DNA of 64,000 nt from assembly GCF_037042905.1 (NCBI RefSeq), contig NC_087250.1, positions 4,652,001 through 4,716,000 of the forward strand, given 5' to 3'. The position numbers were made by a program, and so were the translations under genes. The notes below the pieces were generated by a model. It searched no databases. It was not told where the DNA came from and saw only the letters and a program-made list of their open reading frames with translations. Origin of the DNA: Lytechinus pictus. Lineage: Eukaryota. Within the stretch, counting starts at the first letter, position 1, and each line of letters opens with the position of its first letter. This document shows, piece by piece, positions 37,367-49,772 of the stretch.

Positions 37367-40300
37367 CTGTGATGGGGTAAATGGACAAGATACGGTTACA
37401 CGGGCCTAATTACAACTGGCAGGCAAAAGATATTCATTCGAGCCAACCCATTCTCAATTTTTAAACATGATACTGATTGACACAAATGCATACGATTGAC
37501 AATCTAACACTGATTCTAGGGAGGGTACCTACTGAACTTCTTTTTTCCAAATTGGAAAGATGTATCACTACTTTGGAACTATTTTTTACTGGCGGAAGAA
37601 TTAGGGCCATTTTACTCTCTCAAGTGATAAATTGGATCCTGACAGGTGTAGTCTTCATAACTGCCGATTTATTTTTAAAATGAGCCGGTCGAGATACCCT
37701 TTTCTGGTCAGATATGGAATGTCTTACCATATATCCTGTCCACTGGTAGTAAACACTCAACCCGCGAATTTCCTCCTTATTTTTTATGATTTTTTTTTAA
37801 ATGCCACTTTAACACACGAGATCGCTATTTGGGTACGCTTCCCACCGCTCTATATTTACACACAACTTGAGTGTATTTTTTTTTCCAATATGAAACGGTA
37901 TGAAAGGATATTTATAAGGAATTAATTATCTTGACCGGAACGTCCCCGGTTGATCGGTAAACTGTAATAAAAAAAAATCCTCAAAAGAAGGTCATTACAG
38001 GCTCACACACGCACACTGAATCTGATATTCGGTTTTGCGCCATTGAACCCTGCAGTATATTTAGCGTTCCCGGGAATTGTCCCGTCTTGTAAAGTCAAAT
38101 GAGTTTAGCTGCAGCCAGTAGCGTACGTAGGATTTTCCAAAGGGGGGGGGGCAAATTCTTCCGCCCAAAAATTTGATAAGCAAAAAAAGGTTTTCAACCA
38201 CAAATAACGGATTTTGTACCAAAAAAGGTCTTCAAGTTCAATTATGGCTCGTCAGGGATCAGTTGTAACTCGTCAGGGGGGCAGACAATAATGAAGACAG
38301 TTTTTAGGAGAAACTGTGCTACAATAATGATAATAGAGGGGTTTTTTTTGCACCGCGACGCAGAACGCTTTCAGTAACACAGCAAATGTATTGTCAAATG
38401 TCCTTTGTGACAATTTAAAGAACAACCAAGTAGTCTTTGTGGAAAATTGGTAAATAAAATCAGCATGACCTGGAATCGGGACAAACGACATATTTGTAAT
38501 TTTTGTCGGCTCCAATATTTAGGACGAAACTCCTGTTCCGGTTCACCGATTTTCTTTTTTTTTTCGACAAAGTCCTCCCCAGCTAGTCTACAAATGTAGA
38601 CCCACATCTGCAGTGTGTGTACCACAACTGATTCAACGAGTCTGCATAGCAGACTAGGGCCCCGTTGTACAAAGAGTTACGATCGATCCGATCAATCCTA
38701 ACTCTATGGAAATCCATCAGTGTCATAATTTTTTCTACAGGAAATTTGCAAAATGTCCATTGTAATCAAAGGAGAACACTCCAAATTGTCAAGAAATCAA
38801 TTAATTTATGGATATGGATTCTTTAGAACTTTTTTTTAACAAACATGCATTTCATATGTTGACGTTGCTGGCTTTCCATAGTTAGACTGATTGGATCAAT
38901 CGTAACTCTTTGTACAACGGGGCCTATGTCTATTATGGCTGAAGATGTGAAATGGCTCGCTTCGATTGTCCTTTCAGGCTGGTGTGCTTCACAAACCAGC
39001 ATCAGCGTGCGCGCTGAGATCCCACCATATACGAACCTTTCAGAGTCTGCATAGCAGACTACTCCCCAGCTGTGCTTTGTCATTTGTCAGGCATTTTCAA
39101 TGTATTTACCCTGTTATTGAATCCTCCGTATGTCACTGAGCGAAAAAACCTTAATCTTAATAATAATAATAACCACTACACTTTAAAGCAGATACGAACC
39201 AATAGCGCCATCTAGAGTCCTCAACTATACTCATACCTTGCCAGTTTCCTTTCCCATAATGCTAGTGTAGTCTAGTAATATAGACCAACTTGAATGATAA
39301 CATGCTTATTAACTACTCAATAAATTTATACCGCAATAATTATGTTACCAAGTAGCAAAACAATTACTTTTCCTCTCAAAACATTTGTAATTATAGGTCC
39401 ATTTATCCTCTGTAGTATTAGTAGATATCTGAAAACGTATATTTGAAGACTATGTATTTATAACACACAGTCAATGAGAGACCACACACAGTTCAATCCA
39501 CCTTTAAGGAGAAACTGTGCTATATCATAATAATGATAATTGTTCTTTGAAGGAGAGGGAACATAAAACAAAGCAAAAATGGCACAACACATGCCCTAAG
39601 CTATATAGATCACTGCCTGGATATCCGACATTGATATTTGACACTGTTTTGAAAAATATTTTGAATATTTGATATGGGGGATGTATCACAAAGGTTTAGT
39701 ATGACTTAAGGCCACCGCACACCTTACGACTGTTTGCGATCCGATTTTGGAACAAATCGCATTTTGCTCATTTTCTGAAAATGTGAATGGAACATATCAT
39801 TTTATGTTAGGTTAAAATTAATTGAAAGAATACTAATATAACCATTTTGAAAGATTGCAAGCCTTTATTTTGGAGTAAAGGCCAAATTAGTTTCAAATCG
39901 TAGCCAATCGTACGACTGCTATGACGTCATTACGACTAGATATTAAATTTGCTTTTATTCTAAGAAGGATGATAGCATAGTCACAGATTTGAACAGAGGT
40001 ATTCGTACAATGATTTCAAACATTACGCAGTAAGATATTCCGTCTCAATATTAGCATCAAATTCTACTACGTTTTATTCCAAAATTGAGTCGTAGACCAA
40101 TTGTAAGGTGTGCGGTCGCCTTTAGGGTCGCACTTAAATGCCTAGTTGCGCGCGGTATAAAGTGAGATCATGCGAAGAGGACCTCCTACTGCTGCGTGAT
40201 GATCAATATACGATTGCCCGTTGCATATCATGTACACAGTAAAAACGCTGTTTAAGATTTTATAAAACGCTGTTTACTATAATTATGAAGCTTACAGTAT

Positions 40301-40634
40301 TTGTTTAACTGTTTAAACAATTATGTTTAATTTATTGAAGACTAGATATTGAAAATTAGACTTTGTTACTTAAGATTTAAACACTGGAAATAAGCTTTCG
40401 AGCTTTCGTGGGTCATCCTGTGCAAGCCTTTAGTTTTAATGCTACTGTATATATATTATGGTGACTTGCCAAATAAAATCAATCAATCAATCAATCTTGT
40501 TTAAACTGTTTTTATAAAATATAGTAATATAGTAAACAGCGTTGTATATTTTTTTTACTGTGTACGCGTCGGCATTTAAGTGCGACTTAAGTAAGTCATA
40601 CTTGAATCTTTGTGAAACAGCCTCATGGTCTTAC

Positions 40635-40752
40635 CGTCGTTAGTGTTGGCTGCCTTGATGACGGTTGAACCGGTAGGACGCAATGTCACGAAAAAGAACA
40701 TGTTATTCTGTGGTATCTGCGTACGGGGATCTCTCATCCAACGAGGAAACGC
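40635..40752 (-). CDS. PDZ + IL-1-like gene, exon 6
   Basis: Strong pyrimidine tract, cag|AFPRWMRDPRTQIPQNNMFFFVTLRPTGSTVIKAANTND|gtaaga; phase 0 to 1. Confidence 0.82.
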
Positions 40753-40799
40753 CTGACAAGAGAGATAGAGAGAAGGATTAGTGGAGACGGCTACGTATA

Positions 40800-40968
40800 T
40801 TTTATTTATTTATTTATTTATTCATATATTTATTCATTTATTCATTTATTCATTTAATTATTAATGTATTTATTCATTTATTTATTCATTCATTTATTTA
40901 TTTATTTATTCATTTATTTATTATTTATTTATTCATTCATTTATTCATTTATCTATTCATTTATCTAT

Positions 40969-41019
<51 letters not shown>

Positions 41020-41171
41020 TTCATATATTTATTTATTTATTTATTCATTTATTTATTTATTTATTAATTTATTTATTCATTTATTTATTCATTCATTTAT
41101 TTATTTATTTATTCATTTATTTATTATTTATTTATTCATTCATTTATTCATTTATCTATTTATTTATCTAT

Positions 41172-41210
<39 letters not shown>

Positions 41211-41223
41211 TCTATTTATTCAT

Positions 41224-41314
<91 letters not shown>

Positions 41315-41340
41315 TTCATTTATTTATTCATTCATTTATT
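40800..41340. repeat. (ATTT/ATTC)n microsatellite
   Basis: Direct reading. Confidence 0.95.
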
Positions 41341-42596
41341 CAAAAACAGGGAAGCCCATTCAACAAAGTGTTGGTCTCCCATGGGGCCCAATGACAGTGT
41401 ACATAACATAACATAACAATTATAACAAATTAATTTACATAGCAAAGAGGCATAAATAAATTAGTAAGTACATGTGAAGGAAATAAGGAAACATATAATC
41501 GACAATAAAAGCACAATGATTTAAAAAGCAGATGACGTGAAAGTAATAAGACGTGTATTATATACAATTACAATTAGCCAAAATCTGTCAAATTAAGAAA
41601 GTAAGCTGAAGTTGTGAGTCGAGGCTGTACAGTGTTTTACTTTAAAAATAACGGAAACCAGGATTCCCAGTTATATTTCTCAATATAGCCAAACGATTTA
41701 TAGTATTTCATTTTTCATTTACATCATCATAACATTTAGGTTTTCTTCTTTATTTTGATACCAACTATAATATTAATATTTAACGTCAGGACTAGCAAGA
41801 ACAGTTTGAAAATTCAATGTCAAAACCAAGTTGCGTAGGAAAAATGGGTCGAGGTTTGTTAAAATCTTTAGTTTTTTTTTTTTGAAAAAGTTTATTTCAT
41901 TAAAGATGGGAGTGGGTTCAGATTCACAAGTGAGTTTCTACGCAAATCGATTCCGACAAGCTTCCGTGTTCATTTGTATTCATCCAACGTCTGAACAGTT
42001 CACTTAGTAATTGGTCTCGAATCAAATTAGAGATTCCACTCTTACTATTGGTGTTTAATTTATTCATTTCATTTCTTCTTTATTTCACAATCGGACTAAA
42101 AAGTCAGGCTATGATAAAAGAATATTCAATTGTTATTAAATTATCTCTAAAGACACGTTTCGTATTCTTTTGGACACACTATACAATATGACAACCATGA
42201 GTGTAACTATTAAATAAGGAAAATTTGAGTTTGATGAATTTATGAAATATTGACATTTCATTTAACAAAAATACGCACAAGTAAAAAGATCAATGGAAAT
42301 TCGACAACCCCATAAACAGATTAAATTAAAAGCAAGCCATAGGAGGTATTAGACAGTGTGCTAGTTCGACCAACACAATGATGATGATGATGATGATGAA
42401 AATGATTATGACGACGAAGAAGATGATGATGATATGATGAAGATGATGATGGTGGTGATGATGATGATGATGGTGGTGATGATGATGATATGATGAAGAT
42501 GGTGATGATATGATGAATATGATGGTGGTGGTGATGATGATGATGATGATAATATGATGAAGATGATTATGGTGATGATGATGATGATGATGATGC

Positions 42597-42873
42597 GTGG
42601 AGCGTTGTGGCCCAGTGGATTAGTCTTCGGACTTTGAAACAGAGGGTCGTGGGTTCGAATCCCAGCCATGGCGTAATTTCCTTCAGCAAGAATCTGATCC
42701 ACAATGTGCTGCACTCAACCCAGGTGAGGTAAATGGGTACCGATAGGAAGTTATTCCTCAAGAGGCTGTGTGCGCTATGAACGCCTAGCTTAGCCAGGTA
42801 ATATAGGAGCGCCTTGAGCACCTAACAAGGTGGATATGTGCGCAATATAAATACCCTATATTATTATTATTAT
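42597..42873 (+). mobile_element. tRNA-derived SINE, family A, inserted in a (GAT)n tract
   Basis: Near-identical to 2696-2974. Confidence 0.85.
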
Positions 42874-43163
42874 ATGATGAAGATGGTGATGATATTATGA
42901 TTAAGATGATGGTGGTGGTGATGATGATGAAGATGATGATGGTGATGATGATGATGATGATGATGATGGTAATAATAAGATGGTGATGATAGTGATGATA
43001 ATAATGATAGTGATGATGATGATGGTGATGGTGGTGGTGATGACGATCACGATATATGGTGACTTTTTCGGCGTTGAAAGCGATGAATAATGGCAGTGGT
43101 GTTGCAAACATTTTCGATTATTATGACGACATCAAAGACAACCACGGAGGGCGATGAACTTAC

Positions 43164-43300
43164 TACCACATCAAGGGGGCCCGCGATGACACCCTCAATG
43201 CACATCGGTCTGCTGGATGACACGGGTTGGGAGATGGCGATTGGATTTCCAGGAGGGTTTCCTCCACCTACAACCTGGTAGTAGTTCAGGGTCACGTTTT
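43164..43300 (-). CDS. PDZ + IL-1-like gene, exon 5
   Basis: cag|NVTLNYYQVVGGGNPPGNPIAISQPVSSSRPMCIEGVIAGPLDVV|gtaagt; phase 1 to 0. Confidence 0.8.
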
Positions 43301-43820
43301 CTGTTGACAAAGTCACAAAGAAAAGAAAAGATGTACAGCAAAAACTGTGGTGTTAACCGATGTACATAGAGGACCACACCAGTTATTTTACACCGGTGTT
43401 AAATTGGTGGTGTTAGTTTTACACCTATAGGTGTTATTACAACACCTATGGTTGTTACATTTACACTCTTCGGTGTTATGTTCAATCTCTAGGGTGTTTC
43501 AGTTTCAGTTTTATTTTTTCTCATTTCCAACAAAACAATATACAAAATCCATCATAAATACATTTATAACAATTGAAATGTATAAAGAAACATGTAACAC
43601 AATATATTTATTTATTATGGCATCACCAATTTTTCCAAAGGGCAGATAGCTTTAGGGAACCTTGATTTAAGCTACGCCTACCATTGTTCTCTTCACCCAT
43701 TTCTTTCACAAAAGAGTTGCCAAAGCTTCACAATATATATATATATATATATATATAGGTAGGTAAGTATATAGTGATATACTGCAATATCTAATAGTGC
43801 TCGACTGTGTAGGAGCTGAG

Positions 43821-43972
43821 TATAAATAATTTATTGGTTGGATTGCTTAACTAAGCTAGTCGTACAGACTGTTTCACCCTAAGGCTCATCAGCGACCCCT
43901 GATGAGTCGCTGATGAGCCTTAGGGTGAAACAGTCTGTATGACTAGCTTAGTTAAGCAATCCAACCAATAAA

Positions 43973-43980
<8 letters not shown>
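43821..43980. ncRNA. Inverted pair of minimal hammerhead ribozymes (Penelope-like repeat)
   Basis: gtcg CTGATGA gcc ttag ggt GAAA cagtctg TA (c/t)gac on both strands. Confidence 0.7.
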
Positions 43981-44010
<30 letters not shown>

Positions 44011-44027
44011 TTGAGGCCGAAAGTTTA

Positions 44028-44770
<743 letters not shown>

Positions 44771-44993
44771 GTATATATGTATATGTAGTGATTCCCGACA
44801 GAGACATTTTTTCGGCATCACCAATTTTTCCAAAAGGGTCGATAGCTCTAGGGAACCTTGATTTAAGCATGGACCTATTAATAGGTCCATGATTTAAGCT
44901 ACGCCTACCATTGTTCTCTTCATCCATTTCTTTCACACAATATTTAAATAAAAGAGTTGCCAAAGCTGTAGTACATGTATAACTTCACACATA

Positions 44994-45025
<32 letters not shown>

Positions 45026-45046
45026 ACTCGCAAGTAATAAACTTAC

Positions 45047-45287
45047 GGCTGGTCGAAACGTACGTTGCCCGTGTTCTACCGATCTCTGTGAATCGATCCA
45101 GTCTCCTTTCAATGAGTTCAACTTGTGCCGACCTTCTGTATTGATAGGTCGGTGTCACGTCAAATGCAGTCTCGACCGGAAGTAATTCAATGAAAGAATT
45201 GTCCTCACTTCCGCTGTCCAACAGATGCCTTGAAATGGTTTCCACATTCGGTCGTCCATCTATCAACATGAAGCACAACAGAAGCTC
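45047..45287 (-). CDS. PDZ + IL-1-like gene, exon 4 (linker and start of trefoil); 5' boundary uncertain
   Basis: ELLLCFMLIDGRPNV...LLDSGSEDNSFIELLPVETAFDVTPTYQYRRSAQVELIERRLDRFTEIGRTRATYVSTS|gtaagt. The acceptor TAG has a poor pyrimidine tract. Confidence 0.68.
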
Positions 45288-46014
45288 CTATCCACATTTG
45301 TTTTCTTCATAAATTCGACTCGTCACATTAAATATTTGTAAATAGTTGTGGCACATATAATTTGTTTGTTTTTTTTTTTCTGTGTGTAATCGTTAGTTTT
45401 TAATTTTTAGTATTCTTTTATATTTATGTATGTATTACATATATTCATAGCTGTGACAACAGCTCAAGCATCTGCTTATATTGTCATACCACTGCATGTC
45501 TGCAACCTTGATATAATCAGTTATGTAAATGATCATAATTATACATTATTATAATGTAAAATTTAATGTATTCAATGTCTTGATGGTCATACTATGTACA
45601 TTGTCAAGACATGCAGATACGAATGAATGAATAAATAAATAATTAAATAAGACTAATGTGAGTCATATACTGTATCCTCAACAATAACTGACTATCTGAA
45701 TATAAAAACGGCCCAAGTCCAATTTTGGGTGAAATTGGGTTAAATATGGGGAATTTATCCTTATACAATGACTCATCTTGTGTATAAATGATAAATCTGA
45801 AATCATCTCAAAAACGCCTTCGCTTCAGGAGGAAAATCTGGTAGGAGTGTAAGAAAAGCCAAATTCCAACTCCAGGACTTGGACTTTTCTTACATCCATA
45901 TCATAGCGCCCTCTCTCATTACTTCTACTACTTACTACAGAATTCTACCATTTATATGAATGTAAGGGCCCGCCTACAAGGAAAGTGGATATTAATGTTC
46001 ATAAAAATGTACAC

Positions 46015-46617
46015 TTAAAGGGGAATCCAGCCTTGGCCATAAAATGTTGTGATGGGAAGGAGAAAAATAAATTAAACAGAATGGTGAAAGTTTGAAAGAA
46101 ATCCGACAAGCAATAAGAAAGTTATAGCTGCTTTAAAATTGAGATCACTAATACTATGTAGATTTCAAATTGGCAACTGGGTAAGTAAATTATGACAAGG
46201 GGCAAGGACAACTTTCCCATAGGCCATGTACTTTATTATCAGGGATTTGTGGTTTTCTTCTAAGTACCCATTCCCCTGGGGCAGTAATTTAAATATAACC
46301 CAGGTAGTATATTGTTTTATGTCCTCATGAAAGAAAAATATGATTTGAAATAAAACTTTTGGGAAAAATGACATTTTAGCCATAATATGTATTGGAGTAC
46401 ATGGAAGAGTAGTCCTTGCCTTACATCACTATGACATCCCATATGCGGCCAATTTGAAGTCTCCATGGGTATAGTGATTACCAATAATTACAACTTTAAG
46501 AAATTCATAACTTTCTTATTGTTTGTACAATATTATTCAAACTTTCACCTATCAACTTGTCTGATTTTTCTTTTCCTTATAAAAACAAGTTTTTATTTGG
46601 GTTGGATTCCCCTTTAA
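46015..46617. mobile_element. TTAA-TSD MITE, third family; copy at 50745-51346
   Basis: ttaaaggggaatccagcc...ggttggattcccctttaa; nested in an older element at about 45691-46786. Confidence 0.82.
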
Positions 46618-47899
46618 ATTTATTTCATGATGTTCTCTGATGTCTTTTGGCTAAATAGACTTTAATTGCCCAAATAAAAAGATTTTCTCGAAATGACCTC
46701 CAACAGAGGGTAAACGCCACCGCTGTTTAAAAAGATTTTCTCGAAATGACCTCCAACAGACTTGGGCCTTTTTATATTCATATACTCAATTGTCTAGCGT
46801 ATAATGTGGTTAAGACAAAAACAAAAACAAATGAGCATCAAAACATTTTAATTACTGGTTCTGTCTAATACCAGAGAAGTTCAACGCTCTTCAAATCTTC
46901 GGGTCAAATTAATACTAAAATTAGGAATGTTTGGTCACACTCAGTAAATGAAGTAACATAAATGTACCAAAAAAAATGATTATAAAACTTTATGAGTGCT
47001 ACATCTGTTATCAAAATGTTAACTCCATCATGTCCATGGGCGTAAATACATACTCTTGATATTTTCTGACTATGAGCGATATTATGACTGTTTAAAAAGT
47101 AATCGAGCTCAAATTAATACCGATTGTCTATTTTTTATCCCTCAGTTTTGGCTTGTGCAATTAAGACACCCATTTTGGCTATTTATAATTTCCATCCTTC
47201 GTAAAGGACACGAAACTGGACTTGAAGTCGTGAGGTCCTACACAACTTTTCGAACAGTTTATTTGAAACGCCTCTCTGTCTTCTACAATGGCGTAATGAC
47301 CCAAAACATTTGAGGGGGCTATAGATATGGCGTATCGGGGAAAACTTGTCAAAAAGTTGCGAGCGATCCAAAATTTCGATATTTTCAATACAATATCAAT
47401 TTTTCACCCTTCCTTATTTTTCTCGCCTGTTTTCTTTTCTGGGTCGTATTTCCTTTTCTCTTTTTTCGTCTCGGTTGTTTATTTTTGTTGGGGGGATGGG
47501 CAAGCGCACCAAGCCCCCCCCCCCTTCCCACATCTCTACGCCACTGGTCATATATTTATGAGAAAAAAACAAATATCACACCTTTTTCGTTGAGATGGAA
47601 AGCATATAACCACTTCTGCTCGTCTTGGCCCTCTTTCCGTTTGATAACCTACAATTCAAAAAAAGTTGAGCAAAACACTTTTTAGGGCTACAGTAGACTT
47701 AGGCCTTTCGGAACTCATATTTCGAGTCCTAATCCATTTGTCTCTCTAATTACTATTCTTAATTTAATTATTTATATTTGGGGGCAATTTTATGCCTCAA
47801 ATACAGAAAAAATGTTGATCATTAGAAATACTAGATATATCAATATTATAACTGCTTGTAAACTTAAAGTATGCATATATTACCATGCCCTTTCTTTTA

Positions 47900-48520
47900 T
47901 TATCAGATACAATACTACGTTCATTGACAATAAATGACATTTGACCTTGATCATGCGACCTAAGACTTGTCAGTGATACCTGATTACCCCTATATCCACA
48001 TTTTACAAACTATGTCTATAAACTTTGAAAGTTATGACAGCAATCTAATAATTACCTCCAAAATGGCCAAAGTTCAATAACCTTAAATGATCTTTGACTT
48101 TTGTCATGTGACCTGAAACTCGCATGAGATGTTCAGTGATACTTGATTACTGTATACACTTTCAGAGTTATGATGGTTATTCAAAAAATACCACCAACAT
48201 GGCCAAAATTCATTGACCTTTGACCTTGGTCATGTGACCTTAAGTTAGCACTTGTTCAGTGCTACTTGATTACTCTTACGTCCTTGTTTTATGAACTATA
48301 CCAATAAACTGTCAAAGTTATGATAGTAATTCAACAAATGCCCCCAACTTGGCCAAAGTTCATTGACCTTAGTTATGTGACCTGAAACTCGCACAGGATA
48401 TCTAGTGATACTTGATTACTCTTATGGCCAAGTTTCATGAATCAGATTCATAAACTTTCACAGTTATGATGGTAATTCCATAGATAACCTCAACTTGGCA
48501 AAAGTTCATATAAAGTTCAA
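47900..48520 (-). mobile_element. Degraded relative of the Helentron-like internal repeats
   Basis: Repeated tgaccttggtcatgtgacc / cagtgatacttgattac, reverse complement of the 6329 element core. Confidence 0.7.
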
Positions 48521-48734
48521 ATGAAAATAAATGAATACATATTATCAACAGAGTGAGAACAAATAAAATAAATTAATTCTATTTTTTTCATCTTTCAATA
48601 CCTATTGAATATAATAAATCAACATCAGTAATTAAAAAATAGGTACAGATACAAAATTACAAATCATGTAAAAAAAGACAATCAAATACACAGGAGTGAA
48701 ATATCATTGAAGTTAGGTATTCAGATCAATATTT

Positions 48735-49663
48735 GCGATAGATTGTAATTATCCAGAAAATATCTTCGACTTTATTTATCCCTATACTATCTTCATTTCA
48801 TATAATTTCTTGTACATGTCATTTAGTCCCCTTTTTCGGTGTCGCTCGTAGAAGCTTTTTTTTTTTTTTTGGGGGGGGGGGGTGGAGAGGTGGGGTGGTG
48901 CACCCAAGACCTACACCCCCCCCCCCACCTGTGTTTGCCTTATATTATTAGAATTAGGCATTGGAATCAATTTTGGCAACAGATTGTAATTATCCAGAAA
49001 ATATCTTTGAATTTATTCAACCCTTTACCATCTTCATTTCATATCATTTCTTGTACATGTCATTTAGTCCCCCTTGTCGGTGTCGCTCGTAGAAGCTTTT
49101 TTTTGGGGGGGGGGGTGGAGAGGTGGGGTGGTGCACCCAAGCCCACCCCCCCCCCCCACTTGCTCGCCAGTGTTTGCCTTACATTATTAGAATTAGGCAT
49201 TGAAATCAATTTTGGCGACAGATTGTAATTATCCAGAAAATATCTTCGAATTTATTCAACCCTTTACCATCTTCATTTCATATCATTTCTTGTACATGTA
49301 ATTTAGTCCCCCTTGTCGGTGTCGCTCGTAGAAACTTTTTTTTTTGGGGGGGGGGGGTGGAGAGGTGGGGTGGTGCACCCAAGCCCACAATCCCCCCCAC
49401 CCACACTTGCTCGCCAGTGTTTGCCTTACATTATTAGAATTAGGCATTGAAATCAATTTTGGCGACAGATCGTAATTATCTAGAAAATATCTTCGAATTT
49501 ATTTAACCCTATACCATCTTCATTTCATATCATTTCTTCTAACATTTAGTTCCCTTTCTCGGTGTCGTTCGTAGAAGCTTTTTTTTTGGGGGGGGGGGGG
49601 GGAGGGTGGGGTGATGCACCCAAGCCCCCCTCCCCTCCCCATGCTCGCCTGTGTTTGCCTTAC
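48735..49663 (-). repeat. Four ~245-bp tandem units anchored on the exon-3 donor site
   Basis: gtgtttgcctta(c/t) at about 48931, 49169, 49417, 49651. Confidence 0.88.
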
Positions 49664-49772
49664 CAATCCAATACGAGTACCGATATCTGCCAAACACTCT
49701 AGGACTGCTAACTGGATTGTATTGGTCAAGTCAGTCTCAATGTTGTTGATACTCAACAATTCATCATGATTT
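49664..49772 (-). CDS. PDZ + IL-1-like gene, exon 3 (PDZ C-half)
   Basis: cag|NHDELLSINNIETDLTNTIQLAVLECLADIGTRIGL|gtaagg; PDZ D.IL.IN motif; phase 2 to 0. Confidence 0.82.

Noticed and set aside
39080..39135. Alternative terminal exon VTYGGFNNRVNTLKMPDK*
   Set aside because: Phase-compatible, but the 37230-37366 exon completes the IL-1 pattern and is conserved in the paralogue. Not excluded as a minor isoform.
45190..45230. LLDSGSEDNSFI as a retroviral-type aspartic protease (Gypsy) motif
   Set aside because: It lies in a phase-consistent spliced exon with no gag, RT or LTR nearby; better explained as a linker.
47179..47328. Coding-looking minus-strand segment (PSNVLGHYAIVEDREAFQINC...)
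   Set aside because: Wrong phase for the surrounding gene, ends in stops and has no recognisable family; possibly a decayed fragment.
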